From contig JAJTCJ010000003.1 of NCBI GenBank assembly GCA_021323165.1, forward strand, positions 4,321-68,320: 64,000 nt of DNA, written 5' to 3'. Each line of letters begins with the position of its first letter. The first letter of the stretch is position 1. Source of the DNA: Bacteroidota bacterium (GTDB taxonomy: Bacteria; Bacteroidota; Bacteroidia; 2-12-FULL-35-15). The notes beneath the pieces were generated by a model. It had not been told where the DNA came from, ran no database searches, and worked only from the letters and a program-made list of their open reading frames with translations. A program made the translations under genes and the position numbers. Of this stretch, positions 11,004 to 21,027 are shown piece after piece.

Positions 11004-11729
11004 ATGAGAATAGCAATTATAGTTCCTGCATATAATGAAGAGAAAGCCATCACAGCTGTGGTGAATGATATGAACGCTGTTGCCAGGGATCATGGTCTGG
11101 ACCTGAATGTAGTTGTAATAAATGATTGTTCTAAAGATTCTACCTCAGAAGTTATTTCAACATTGGATTGCATCGCGTTAAATCTTCCTGTTAATCTTGG
11201 AATAGGAGGAGCAGTGCAAACCGGATTCAAATATGCTTTTGAAAATGGTTACGATTTTGCTATTCAGGCAGATGGAGATGGTCAGCACCCTGCAGCAGAA
11301 ATTCCTAAACTTGTTAAAACTGCTAAAGATCTTAATGCTGACGTTGTTATAGGTTCCCGATTTCTTGAAAAGGAAGGATTTCAATCTTCTGCTTTACGCA
11401 GGTTTGGTATCAATTATTTTAAAAAACTTAACAGGATGCTGGTAGGTGTTTCTATAAACGACAGTACTTCCGGATTTCGATTGATCAATAAAAAAGTTTT
11501 AGAAGTAGTAAGGGAGTATTATCCTGATGAATATCCTGAACCGGAAGCAATCATATTATATTCTTTGTTAGGATTTAAAATAATAGAAGTACCTGTAACC
11601 ATGAAAGAGAGGCAGGGCGGTGTTTCTTCCATTGGCGGTTCTTCTTCTGTGTATTATATGTTTAAAGTAACTCTTGCAATTATTTACACTTTTATAAGAA
11701 TACGATTTAGAAAAAAAAATAATCATTAA
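11004..11729 (+). CDS. family 2 glycosyltransferase (GT-A fold)
   Basis: IVPAYNEE, INDCSKDST and QADGDGQHP (DxD-type) motifs. Confidence 0.8.
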   Translation: MRIAIIVPAYNEEKAITAVVNDMNAVARDHGLDLNVVVINDCSKDSTSEVISTLDCIALNLPVNLGIGGAVQTGFKYAFENGYDFAIQADGDGQHPAAEIPKLVKTAKDLNADVVIGSRFLEKEGFQSSALRRFGINYFKKLNRMLVGVSINDSTSGFRLINKKVLEVVREYYPDEYPEPEAIILYSLLGFKIIEVPVTMKERQGGVSSIGGSSSVYYMFKVTLAIIYTFIRIRFRKKNNH

Positions 11730-11734
11730 TCATC

Positions 11735-12073
11735 ATGGCAAAAATTCAAATAATTGCAATCGCAGTAAGCCTTCTTTTTCTCCTTTATATTGTTCGCTTA
11801 ATTGTAAAGGGGAAATTAAGAGAAGAGTATTCAATTATATGGATCGCTTGTACACTTGTCCTAATTGTATTTTCTTTCTGGAGAAATGGTTTGGAGGTAA
11901 TGGCGGGAATTATCGGAGTTTACGAAGCTCCTAACTTGGTATTCACCGGAGCTATCTTTGCTATATTCATTTATCTTCTGCATTTATCTGTGGTTGTTTC
12001 TAAGCTGCATTCTCAAAATAAACAACTTGCCCAGGAAATTGCTTTGCTTAAAGAGAAGATACTTAAAAAGTAA
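11735..12073 (+). CDS. DUF2304-like small membrane protein
   Basis: 112 aa with 3-4 TM helices plus a C-terminal coiled-coil tail. Starts 5 bp after the GT2 gene, an arrangement I recall as typical for DUF2304. Confidence 0.5.
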   Translation: MAKIQIIAIAVSLLFLLYIVRLIVKGKLREEYSIIWIACTLVLIVFSFWRNGLEVMAGIIGVYEAPNLVFTGAIFAIFIYLLHLSVVVSKLHSQNKQLAQEIALLKEKILKK

Positions 12074-12114
12074 TTTCAGGTTTCAAATTTCAAATGAAAA
12101 GAATAGCAATTACT

Positions 12115-13218
12115 TTACTCCGGTAAAATATCCTTCAGCTTTTTATTTCCGAATTCTATATAACGATAAGTTAGAAAAGAAAGAAGGAACAGGAAAAAAA
12201 GATAACAAACTACACGAAGAACAGTGTAATCCATTATAAAGAACCACCGCATGTTTCCATGCCATAAATAAAGGCTATAGCACATCATTCCGCTTAACTG
12301 CAAAAACTTATTCGTAAAAAGATATCTCAGTATATTTTGCCGCATATACAAAAGTGAAAAGATAATCATTCCAAATCCTATCTGAAAAACTGTATTGATA
12401 AAAGGTTCTGTCCAGTCAGGTAAAAGCTTAAGGAAAACATAATCCGAAAAATAGAATCCAAGAGTGATCACTAAAAGTGAAACAAGAAATAAAACTTCTG
12501 CATTTTCCCTGAACCAATTCGTTTTCCATTGTGTGTGCCATAGATGACAAAATACCATACCGGCAGCAAAATCATCAAGTCTTCCCGGAAGGCTGTCTTT
12601 GATCATGCTTAAATGTGGCGCTACCTGATATTCCGGATAGAAATGCGCGACAACTCGCACTATAAAGCTCATTATAAATACAAGAATGGCGAATGTTTTA
12701 ATACCGCGATGTTTAATGAAAAGAACTAATAAAGGGAATACAAGAGAAAAGAGGACTTCTATCCCTAAAGACCAAAGCACATAATTGTGAGGAGGAATAA
12801 ATGTTTCTCTTGTAAAATTAAAGGTGAAAGTAAACATAAGGATTGTTTGCTTCCAGAAACTGCTGTCGTAAATATTGGTCTGGTGAAGAATAAATATTAT
12901 TGCAATTACTAAAGCAATATAATACAATGGAAATAAACGCGCGGCTCTGTTTTTGAAAAACGAAACAATATCCGGTCTGCCGGAAAAATCACGGCTGCCG
13001 TTAGAATAAGGTAAATACAATACAAATCCGGAGAGGATAAAGAATAAATTTACTCCAACCCAGCCATTACTTAAATAAGTCAAAGGCATTATCACCAGAT
13101 CTCCGATCTCAATATTTAACCAGCCCGGTTGATTGAACATAACACCTATCAGGTGAAAGTATATCACTCCGAGAATAGCGTAGCCGCGAAGGCCATTTAT
13201 GACTGATAATCTTTGCAT
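12115..13218 (-). CDS. acyltransferase family 3 (OafA/NolL-type membrane O-acyltransferase)
   Basis: About 10 TM helices and the N-terminal INGLRGYAILGVIYFHL motif (conserved R...H of acyltransferase_3). Confidence 0.8.
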   Translation of the reverse strand: MQRLSVINGLRGYAILGVIYFHLIGVMFNQPGWLNIEIGDLVIMPLTYLSNGWVGVNLFFILSGFVLYLPYSNGSRDFSGRPDIVSFFKNRAARLFPLYYIALVIAIIFILHQTNIYDSSFWKQTILMFTFTFNFTRETFIPPHNYVLWSLGIEVLFSLVFPLLVLFIKHRGIKTFAILVFIMSFIVRVVAHFYPEYQVAPHLSMIKDSLPGRLDDFAAGMVFCHLWHTQWKTNWFRENAEVLFLVSLLVITLGFYFSDYVFLKLLPDWTEPFINTVFQIGFGMIIFSLLYMRQNILRYLFTNKFLQLSGMMCYSLYLWHGNMRWFFIMDYTVLRVVCYLFFLFLLSFLTYRYIEFGNKKLKDILPE

Positions 13219-13293
13219 AGTTTGTTGAGTAAATATATAATTTTAATTTCATGACAAGCCATTTTGAAGTTAAGAAAGCCAGATATTTTATAC

Positions 13294-13301
13294 TATATTT
13301 G
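13294..13301 (+). promoter_or_regulatory. candidate -7 promoter box TATATTTG
   Basis: Exact TAnnTTTG match 12 bp upstream of ATG 13313, which would give a very short leader. Confidence 0.25.
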
Positions 13302-13312
13302 GTTAACAGAAT

Positions 13313-14812
13313 ATGAAACATCAATTCAAACAACTCTTAGATCATCCCTGGTTCTTTCCTGTATTGCTATTTAATTATGGGTTGTTCTGCATCCTGTTTG
13401 CTGAAAAATATCCGGCAAATGATGGTTTTGGTACTGATGGATACGTCTTTCTTACATTCGTAACAGATTTTGTTCATAGTCCTTTTTTTGATAGCTATTA
13501 TATACATAGAGTTTTACCCTCATTTACAATTCGGGCAGTATTAAAGTTGATTTCACTCGAGTTGACACCGTTAAATGTCTTTTACAGTTATGAAGCACTC
13601 AGTCTTATAAGTGTTGTAACCGCAGGATGTTTTATAAAGAAAATTCTTGTGGTTCTGAATGTGAGTCTTAAGAATCAACTTTTAGCCTTTGTATTGCTGT
13701 TTGTGAATTTTGCATTACTCAAATGGCCATTCTATTTTCCGGTCATGACAGACACCCTTACTTTAGCATTAAGTATAATGCTGCTTTATTTCTATTTAAA
13801 AAATTCATTATTGGGTTTGATCCTGGTTACCACCGCACTTGCATTCACAGGTCCGATGGCATATTATCAGGGCTTGATTTTAATTGCATTGCCATATCGT
13901 AAACTTGATTATCGTGATATACCGGCAATAGGGAAATGGACATTGTATGGATTTTCTATTTTACTTTTTGTGCTGGCATTTTTCTATGTTATTATAATTA
14001 AAAATGAGAATACAGATCTTGCTTTCGTTCTTAAGATCGATCAGGATCTGATTTGGGCGAGTGTTTTAATTATTCTTATTATGTATGCCGCTTACGCAAA
14101 GATGTTTATGAATGCTGAATTGTTTTCACTTTCATGTATTCATTCCTCAGTTGTGATTTCACGTTTACTATCTGCAATTGCCGTTTTTGCAGGCGTGATT
14201 CTTATCATATCAATGATAGATGTTCCTCAAACTGCAATTTACCCAATGGTGAAAATTCTTAAGAATCCTATGGTATGTGCTTTGATCAACCCCTTTCTGA
14301 CCATTGTTTCGCATTTTACATTCTTTGGTGTATCCATCTGTCTGCTGATCATTTTCTGGAGTGATTTCGCTAAGATGATAAGTACATCAGGATGGGGATT
14401 AATAGGTGCGTTTTCTCTGAATCTTTATTTATATGGAATAATGCCGGAGAGCAGAACTCTCATGAATTTATTTCCCTGGATAGTCGTGTTTTTAATTTAC
14501 TCAATAAACAACAAGGTGTTCTCTAACTCATTCTATTATATCATAGCCATTTTATGTTTGCTTGTGTCAAGAGCCTGGTTGCCGATAAATTTGCAGGCAA
14601 TAGATAAGGTTGATGAGAATGGTTCTATCGATTTTCCAAATCAGTTGTTTTATATGAACATGGGACCCTGGATGAGTTTGAAAGCACTTTATATCAATGG
14701 GCTTGTAATGTTGATTTGTTTTGTGGTCATCATTAGTGTTCTTTATATCTCAGGCGAACTAAAGGTCAAAAAATATTTTAAAAAGGTCGTTTCGACAAAT
14801 GGCAATGGATAA
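13313..14812 (+). CDS. large polytopic membrane protein (possible GT-C or polymerase-like)
   Basis: 499 aa with 12 or more hydrophobic segments. First of three overlapping genes. Confidence 0.6.
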   Translation: MKHQFKQLLDHPWFFPVLLFNYGLFCILFAEKYPANDGFGTDGYVFLTFVTDFVHSPFFDSYYIHRVLPSFTIRAVLKLISLELTPLNVFYSYEALSLISVVTAGCFIKKILVVLNVSLKNQLLAFVLLFVNFALLKWPFYFPVMTDTLTLALSIMLLYFYLKNSLLGLILVTTALAFTGPMAYYQGLILIALPYRKLDYRDIPAIGKWTLYGFSILLFVLAFFYVIIIKNENTDLAFVLKIDQDLIWASVLIILIMYAAYAKMFMNAELFSLSCIHSSVVISRLLSAIAVFAGVILIISMIDVPQTAIYPMVKILKNPMVCALINPFLTIVSHFTFFGVSICLLIIFWSDFAKMISTSGWGLIGAFSLNLYLYGIMPESRTLMNLFPWIVVFLIYSINNKVFSNSFYYIIAILCLLVSRAWLPINLQAIDKVDENGSIDFPNQLFYMNMGPWMSLKALYINGLVMLICFVVIISVLYISGELKVKKYFKKVVSTNGNG

Positions 14813-15251
14813 GTTTAAAATAAAAAAGATCTGCATTAATGTCTTTCTATGTGGTTTCCTTGTTTTTGTCGGGCTTCAGCAATGGAGGACATTTGAGAAA
14901 TACAGCCTTCAGTTTGAAGCTCCTCTTTCTTATACTGAGCAAACACTTGGTAACGACTTTATTACCAACTATGGAAAGAGATTTACTGAAGTAAAACAGT
15001 TTTTGAATGAAACAAAGAAGATTGGGTACTACAGTGAGAACAATCAGAACATGCCTACTTATTATTTACACTATGTATTAAGCCAGTATTACCTCGCTCC
15101 AACCTTACTTGGGAAAAATGAAAACAGGGATACTGTTTTGTATAATTTATATGATTCATACAGAATTGATCCTGAAAATTATCATTTGAAAAATGGTTGG
15201 CAGGTAATAAAAGATTTTAATAATGGTTTTATCCTCATCTCCAGAAAATGA
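14799..15251 (+). CDS. membrane-anchored hypothetical protein
   Basis: 150 aa with a single N-terminal TM. Overlaps the upstream gene by 14 bp and the downstream gene by 4 bp. Confidence 0.5.
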   Translation: MAMDKFKIKKICINVFLCGFLVFVGLQQWRTFEKYSLQFEAPLSYTEQTLGNDFITNYGKRFTEVKQFLNETKKIGYYSENNQNMPTYYLHYVLSQYYLAPTLLGKNENRDTVLYNLYDSYRIDPENYHLKNGWQVIKDFNNGFILISRK

Positions 15252-16615
15252 TCCTTGGACTGTATTGGTTAATTGTCTTTTTAATTGGAGCATTCACAAC
15301 TTTTAGTGTATTGAAGAACATTAAGGGATTAAATTTACGTTTGCTTTTAAATCTATCTCTTCCCGTTTCGATAGGTATAGCTTCGGTTATGTTTGTTTTT
15401 TTGAATATCATCGGACTTTCGATATACGCCATTCTTCTTCTGGAGTTTATTGTTTTGATCTTTTTGATGAAAAAGCAACATGCATCACTTCCGATTTTAG
15501 TACAGGGGAAGAAATTTAATTTTCAATTTTTTAAATACGAAATTATAGTCCTTGTTCTAATAGCATTCTATATTTATTCATGGTTGATGAATGCCGGCAT
15601 ATTTTATTTCGATAGTATAAAGGAGCCGCATGGCCTTTGGGATGCCTGGTCGTACTGGAATATGAAGGCTAAATTTATTTCCCGTTCACCGGATAGCTGG
15701 ACAGAAATAATCGGCCAATTAAATTCACAGGATTTCCATGGTGATTATCCATTGATGCAGAGTGCATTTATTGCAAGCTCATGGCTCTTTACCGGCAAGG
15801 AATCAGTTTGGATACCAATTGTCTCTTCCTTTGTATTTACTTTTTGTACCATTGGATTATTAACCGGTGCTGTAACTTATTTCTCAACTTTGAAAAGAGG
15901 TTTAATAGCGGGAATTGTTTTGTTAAGCACTCCTTTCTTTTTTACACTTGGTGATTCTCAATATGCCGATATAACAGTTGGTTTCTTTTACCTGGCTTCG
16001 ATTGTTTTTATCACACTGGCTGATAATACTGGGGATAAAAAAAACATGAACGTGTTTTTTATTTCAGCCGGTGTTATGGCTTCGATGGCCGCATGGAGTA
16101 AGAACGAAGGTTTGTTATTTATTTGCTGTTTGATCATTTCCAGGAGTGTATTGAAGATAAAAAAACCTGTAGAATTATGGCTGGAAATGAAATGGTTCGT
16201 ATTAGGGTTATTACCGGTAGTTCTGCTTCTGTTGTATTACAAAACTTTTATTGCCGCACCGAACGATATTCTGGAAGCACAAAATTCTACAGGATTTGAT
16301 AAGCTTACAGATATTGAGCGGTATAAATTAATCGGCTCATGGTTTATACAAAGAGCAATGAATTTTGGTGAGTGGATATTTAACCCGGTTTTTCTTTTTA
16401 TTCCTTTGGTCCTGATCAAAGGATTCGATAATAGTAAAAAAACGTTGAATGGCTTTCTCTTTCTTTTTCTGATGCTGGGTGGTTTCTTTTTCTCTTATGT
16501 AGTTTCCTATATTGAGCTGGTATTTCATTTGTCCACTTCTGTGCACCGTTTGTTTTTTCAACTATTTCCGTGTTTTATATTTCTCTCATTATTGAGTTTA
16601 AAAAAAGGAGAATAA
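15248..16615 (+). CDS. GT-C fold membrane glycosyltransferase, ArnT/PMT_2-like
   Basis: 455 aa with about 11 TM helices. Shows a PMT_2-like pattern (HGDYPLMQSAFIASSWLF, QYADITVGFFYLA, AAWSKNEGLLF). Confidence 0.6.
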   Translation: MILGLYWLIVFLIGAFTTFSVLKNIKGLNLRLLLNLSLPVSIGIASVMFVFLNIIGLSIYAILLLEFIVLIFLMKKQHASLPILVQGKKFNFQFFKYEIIVLVLIAFYIYSWLMNAGIFYFDSIKEPHGLWDAWSYWNMKAKFISRSPDSWTEIIGQLNSQDFHGDYPLMQSAFIASSWLFTGKESVWIPIVSSFVFTFCTIGLLTGAVTYFSTLKRGLIAGIVLLSTPFFFTLGDSQYADITVGFFYLASIVFITLADNTGDKKNMNVFFISAGVMASMAAWSKNEGLLFICCLIISRSVLKIKKPVELWLEMKWFVLGLLPVVLLLLYYKTFIAAPNDILEAQNSTGFDKLTDIERYKLIGSWFIQRAMNFGEWIFNPVFLFIPLVLIKGFDNSKKTLNGFLFLFLMLGGFFFSYVVSYIELVFHLSTSVHRLFFQLFPCFIFLSLLSLKKGE

Positions 16616-16647
16616 GAGTTTTGTGACTAAGGCCCCAAAAATTTATA

Positions 16648-17127
16648 TCACACCTTACGAATAAACTTGGCCGGATTTCCCATCCATAATTCATTAGCCG
16701 GAATATCTTTTGTTACAAGGCTGCCTGCACCGATCATGGAGTTTTCGCCAATAACAACGTTTCCAAGGATTGTAACATTAACACCTATAGATGCACCTTT
16801 TTTAATTGTGATTGTTTGAAATTGGGCAGGATGCTGTTTGGAACGTGGGAATTTATCGTTTGTGAATGTAGTATTGGATCCGATAAAAACATTGTCTTCG
16901 ATCCTCATTCCATCCCATAAATACACTCCGCATTTGATTGTAACATTATCTCCGATGATAACATCATTTTCAATAAAAGTATGACTATTGATATTGCAAT
17001 TTTTTCCGATAACAGCTTTGCTTAATACTATTGCGAATTGCCATATTTTGGTAGCATCACCAATGTTTTTTGTCTGCACATCCGATAAGGGATGAATAAA
17101 TACTGCCGTATCTTCGGTCTGCTGCAT
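16648..17127 (-). CDS. left-handed beta-helix sugar N-acetyltransferase (WbpD/WlbB or QdtC/FdtC-like)
   Basis: Hexapeptide repeats throughout. KIWQFAIV...IGKNCNI...IGDNVTI...[15 protein letters not shown]...GNPAKFI matches the nucleotide-3-amino-sugar N-acetyltransferase pattern. Confidence 0.75.
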   Translation of the reverse strand: MQQTEDTAVFIHPLSDVQTKNIGDATKIWQFAIVLSKAVIGKNCNINSHTFIENDVIIGDNVTIKCGVYLWDGMRIEDNVFIGSNTTFTNDKFPRSKQHPAQFQTITIKKGASIGVNVTILGNVVIGENSMIGAGSLVTKDIPANELWMGNPAKFIRKV

Positions 17128-17141
17128 ATTATTTACAATTA

Positions 17142-18071
17142 TTAAAGTATAGTTTTATCAACGATAAAGTTGGGTCTTTTTTTAGCTGAATCATTGGCAC
17201 GCCAGACATATTCTCCGATAATCCCTAAAGCTGTCATTTGAAAGGCAGAAACAAACAAAAGGACAACCATCATGCTTGTCCAGCCTGAAATAGGAATATT
17301 ACCTGTGAATTTTGCAATGATCACAAAAATTCCATAAGCAAAAGCTGAAAGGCCAAGCAGAATGCCAACAAGGGATATGAGACGGATAGGTGCATAAGAA
17401 AATGACACAAAAGAATCAACAAATAACTTCACTTTCTTTTTTAATGTCCATCTTGATTTGCCGATCTCTCTCTTTTTTCTGACATAGGGAATACTTACAA
17501 AATCGTAATTAAGCCATGAAAGAAGATAGATCGTATTTGTATTGCTTTCATCAATGTCAACAACCTGTTTACATAATTGTTTGTCGAATAATACAAAGTC
17601 AAATCCACCGGGAGGAATATTTTCCAACGCAAATTTCCTCATTAAAAAATGATACGTGTTTGAAAACAGTTTCTGGCCAAAAGATTCTTCCCTGTCTTTT
17701 CTGTTAGCGATCACAAATTTTACGCCCTTGCACCAGTAATCATACATTTTAGGAACAAGATCAAGTGGATCCTGAAGATCTGCAGCGATTATTACATTAC
17801 AATCTCCAGTTGAATAATTCATTCCTGCTAAAATTGCGTTATAAGAACCGACATTGCCTGCGAGCTTTATTATTTTAACTTTCGTAGGATGAACATTGTG
17901 AAATTTTAATAGTTCTGCATACGTGTTGTCTTTAGAACCATCATCAATAAAAATGTATTCGAATGTAACATCGGGAGAAAAATTCTTTTCATTATCAATC
18001 AGTTCAGCGGATGTAACAGGAATATTCTGTTCATTAAAATAACAGGGGATAATATATGTAAGTTTCGCCAT
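17142..18071 (-). CDS. GT2 polyprenyl-phosphate glycosyltransferase (ArnC/GtrB/DPM1-like)
   Basis: [17 protein letters not shown] and AADLQDP motifs, plus two C-terminal TM helices ending IIGEYVWR. Confidence 0.8.
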   Translation of the reverse strand: MAKLTYIIPCYFNEQNIPVTSAELIDNEKNFSPDVTFEYIFIDDGSKDNTYAELLKFHNVHPTKVKIIKLAGNVGSYNAILAGMNYSTGDCNVIIAADLQDPLDLVPKMYDYWCKGVKFVIANRKDREESFGQKLFSNTYHFLMRKFALENIPPGGFDFVLFDKQLCKQVVDIDESNTNTIYLLSWLNYDFVSIPYVRKKREIGKSRWTLKKKVKLFVDSFVSFSYAPIRLISLVGILLGLSAFAYGIFVIIAKFTGNIPISGWTSMMVVLLFVSAFQMTALGIIGEYVWRANDSAKKRPNFIVDKTIL

Positions 18072-18095
18072 GATAAATTATTTTAAGAATTCAAT

Positions 18096-18779
18096 TTAAA
18101 CCAATCCTCCATTCAGATCAATATATGCTCCTGTCAGATATGATGTTTCCCGAATGTATTGTATAGTTTTTAAAAGATGTTCCGGGTCACCAAATTCATT
18201 ACAAGCGATCTTTGATTTGATCTTTTCCTGCATTTCCTTAGGAACAGTATTTATCATTCCAACCTTGAAATACCCCAGGTTAATATTATTGATAGTAATT
18301 GACCGCTGAGCATTTTCCAAAGCAATGCTTTTTATCATCCCGTTCAATCCCGCTTTAGACGCAGCATACGCGCTGGTTCCTATCACTCCGGTTTTAGCTA
18401 CAATTGACGATAAGTTGATGATTCTTCCGAATTGCTGTTCACGCATGTGAGGAAGGATTGCTCTGATAAGATAAAATGTTCCGGTTAGATTTACATTAAT
18501 GACCTTTGCCCATTCCTCTGCATCCGATTTATGCGCAAATGAATTGTAGGACATTCCGGCACAATTAATAAGTGTGATCTCTTTAAGCTGAGAACCAATA
18601 TTTTTTATGAAAGATTCTACCTGCTTATTGTCTGAAATATCCAAAGCATAACAATCAGAATATTGCTTTCCGGCAGGTTTCGCTAAATGATAAGTTCCGA
18701 TAACCTTTTCACCTTTTTCTAAAAGTGCATTAAAAAGATAATTGCCGATACCTCCCGTTATTCCTGTTATTACGATCAT
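18096..18779 (-). CDS. short-chain dehydrogenase/reductase (FabG-like)
   Basis: TGITGGIG cofactor motif, NCAG, and catalytic YAASKAG (YxxxK). Confidence 0.8.
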   Translation of the reverse strand: MIVITGITGGIGNYLFNALLEKGEKVIGTYHLAKPAGKQYSDCYALDISDNKQVESFIKNIGSQLKEITLINCAGMSYNSFAHKSDAEEWAKVINVNLTGTFYLIRAILPHMREQQFGRIINLSSIVAKTGVIGTSAYAASKAGLNGMIKSIALENAQRSITINNINLGYFKVGMINTVPKEMQEKIKSKIACNEFGDPEHLLKTIQYIRETSYLTGAYIDLNGGLV

Positions 18780-18815
18780 TTTAATCTAAAAAAATTATCT
18801 GTTAAACTTTTCCTC

Positions 18816-20882
18816 TTACAAACTTTTCTTTTTCGCCCAGTTAAGATTGCCGTTTGCAAGCTTATGGTTTGGATCGATTTTTAAAGCTTTGTTGCAGGCT
18901 TCAATTGCTTTGTCCCATTGCTGAAGCTGATTGTATGATGCACACATATTGCTGTAAGCATCTGCAAAATCAGGCTTTAAACGTACTGCATTTTCACAGG
19001 CTTCAATACATTTTTTATAATCCCCTTTTTGATAAAATGATAAACTCAGATCAAGATACTTTTCTGCTGTGGGTGATTTTTTAGCATCTTCTTCAAGGAT
19101 CTGTACGTGATCTTTTCTTGTTACAGATGCTTCAAGGTAATTCAAAGCTTCCTGGTTGCCGGGAATGATCTGAAGTGTTTCCTGAGCGAGTTTGTTTAAT
19201 TTATCCCATTCCCCTGTTTCGCTGTATGCTTTCATAAGAGCGCTGTGAGCTCCAATGTGAGCGGAAGACAGTGCAATGGTCTTTTCAAGCATTGGGATTG
19301 CTTCATTATACCTTAACTGATTGCAGAGGAAATTACCGTAAAAGAACCAGGCTTCAGGATAATTAGGCCCACATTGAACAGCACTCTTAAAATAAGTCTC
19401 AGCAGCGACCTTATCACCGGTTGCATTTTTTAATACACCAAGGTTAATGTGAAGGGAATAATAATACGGCCACATTGCTATTGCCTGGTTAAAATATTTT
19501 TCTGCATTTACGTAATCACCCCGCCCCATTAAAGAAAGTCCATAGTTCATTAAACCACGTGCATTCTTAGGACTTTTAACTGTTACATCCTGCCATAGGG
19601 TTTCTTCTGTATTCCAAACTTTGTTTCGTTCATGAGCGCCATAAGCATACATAGATAAAAGCAGCAATACAGAAACAGCAATTGCAGTGTTATAAGTTCT
19701 TGCTTTTTGCAGATAAGAATTCCGGTATTTTAAAAGCAGCAGGCCAATCACCCAGCAAACGCTAACCACCAGGCCTACATAAGGGAAAAAGATCCGGTGA
19801 TCATTTAATATTTCAGCAAAAGGGATAACACTTGAAGAGGGGATTAATGCAAGAAAGAACCAAAGAATACCGAATGATACAGGGCGTAACCTGGAATCCT
19901 TTGAGAACAGAAAAGCAATAATGATCATTACGAGAATAAAGCCTATCCCGATAAAAAAGCGGATGTTCCATATCGAAGTTATTACCTGCCAGTCAGTATC
20001 GGCACTTAAACCAAGAGGAAGGAAGAAAGTGCTGAAATAATGAAAAATAACAAAGGGTTGAGAGATCAGATAATTAAAAACGGATGTTCCTCCGGATTGC
20101 CAGTTTTCCGGTGTAAAGTGGTCGACCAGAAGATACATGAGAGCACAAAAGATAAAGGATGGAATTGATGCCTTAATGACTGCCAAGGTTTCTTTGAATC
20201 TTGCTCTTTTAAACATATCATACAAGCTCAACTTTTGCTCGAATAACATAATGTAAAAGAATAACATTGGTGCGAACATAACGGCTGTAGGTTTTGCCAA
20301 TGCGCCAATTCCAACCGGGATCAGGTATAAGAAGGTACGTTTTGAAAAAGGAGAGAAGATATACAGAACAAACCCGAGAATAACAAAGAATGTGGATTGA
20401 AGATCGGAGCGTGCAATAATATAATTAATGGTTTCTGCATTAGCTGGGTGAAGCATATACCAGGATGTAGCTCCTGCCGCTATAAAAAAATTCCAGTCAT
20501 TCCTGAAAGAAATATCGAACATCTTAAAGATCACAAAGAACATTAAAATACCCTGCATCAAAAATAAGATAAACGAGGAAAGATGGAAATAAAAAAGATT
20601 ATAACCTTTTCCTGCCCAATAATCCAGTGCCAGAGAAGTACTTACAACTGGGCGGTACGACTGATTGGAAGGCAAGGAGCTAAAGCTGGTTCCATCCTTA
20701 AAGAAAAGCGGGATGTTTTTTATATCCTGAATGAATATATTGTTCTCAATAGTATGGGAGTCATCAAAGTGAAACGAATTATTAAAATGATTGGAATAGG
20801 TTATGGTAACAGCGACAATAAGGAGGAATATAAAAATAAGGGATTTCCTCATCGGTAATCCATCGGATAATTGCTTGATCAT
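18816..20882 (-). CDS. TMTC-like protein: N-terminal GT-C-type multi-TM domain plus C-terminal TPR array
   Basis: NSFHFDDSHTIENN acidic motif in the first loop after TM1 (nt 20760-20780), about 10 further TM helices, then about 7 TPR units (about 18816-19600). Confidence 0.65.
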   Translation of the reverse strand: MIKQLSDGLPMRKSLIFIFLLIVAVTITYSNHFNNSFHFDDSHTIENNIFIQDIKNIPLFFKDGTSFSSLPSNQSYRPVVSTSLALDYWAGKGYNLFYFHLSSFILFLMQGILMFFVIFKMFDISFRNDWNFFIAAGATSWYMLHPANAETINYIIARSDLQSTFFVILGFVLYIFSPFSKRTFLYLIPVGIGALAKPTAVMFAPMLFFYIMLFEQKLSLYDMFKRARFKETLAVIKASIPSFIFCALMYLLVDHFTPENWQSGGTSVFNYLISQPFVIFHYFSTFFLPLGLSADTDWQVITSIWNIRFFIGIGFILVMIIIAFLFSKDSRLRPVSFGILWFFLALIPSSSVIPFAEILNDHRIFFPYVGLVVSVCWVIGLLLLKYRNSYLQKARTYNTAIAVSVLLLLSMYAYGAHERNKVWNTEETLWQDVTVKSPKNARGLMNYGLSLMGRGDYVNAEKYFNQAIAMWPYYYSLHINLGVLKNATGDKVAAETYFKSAVQCGPNYPEAWFFYGNFLCNQLRYNEAIPMLEKTIALSSAHIGAHSALMKAYSETGEWDKLNKLAQETLQIIPGNQEALNYLEASVTRKDHVQILEEDAKKSPTAEKYLDLSLSFYQKGDYKKCIEACENAVRLKPDFADAYSNMCASYNQLQQWDKAIEACNKALKIDPNHKLANGNLNWAKKKSL

Positions 20883-20941
20883 ATCGGATTGTTGTTATGT
20901 AAAAATAGCAAAAAAAATATGACCGGATGGAAATTTCGTTT

Positions 20942-20949
20942 TATATTTG
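20942..20949 (+). promoter_or_regulatory. candidate -7 promoter box TATATTTG
   Basis: Exact TAnnTTTG match 79 bp upstream of ATG 21028, in the divergent spacer. Confidence 0.3.
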
Positions 20950-21027
20950 AAACAGCCTTGATACACGGAGGCGATAATCATTTCAACCATTTTAAGAGTT
21001 TTTATAATTGTATTTTAAAGAAAGAAA

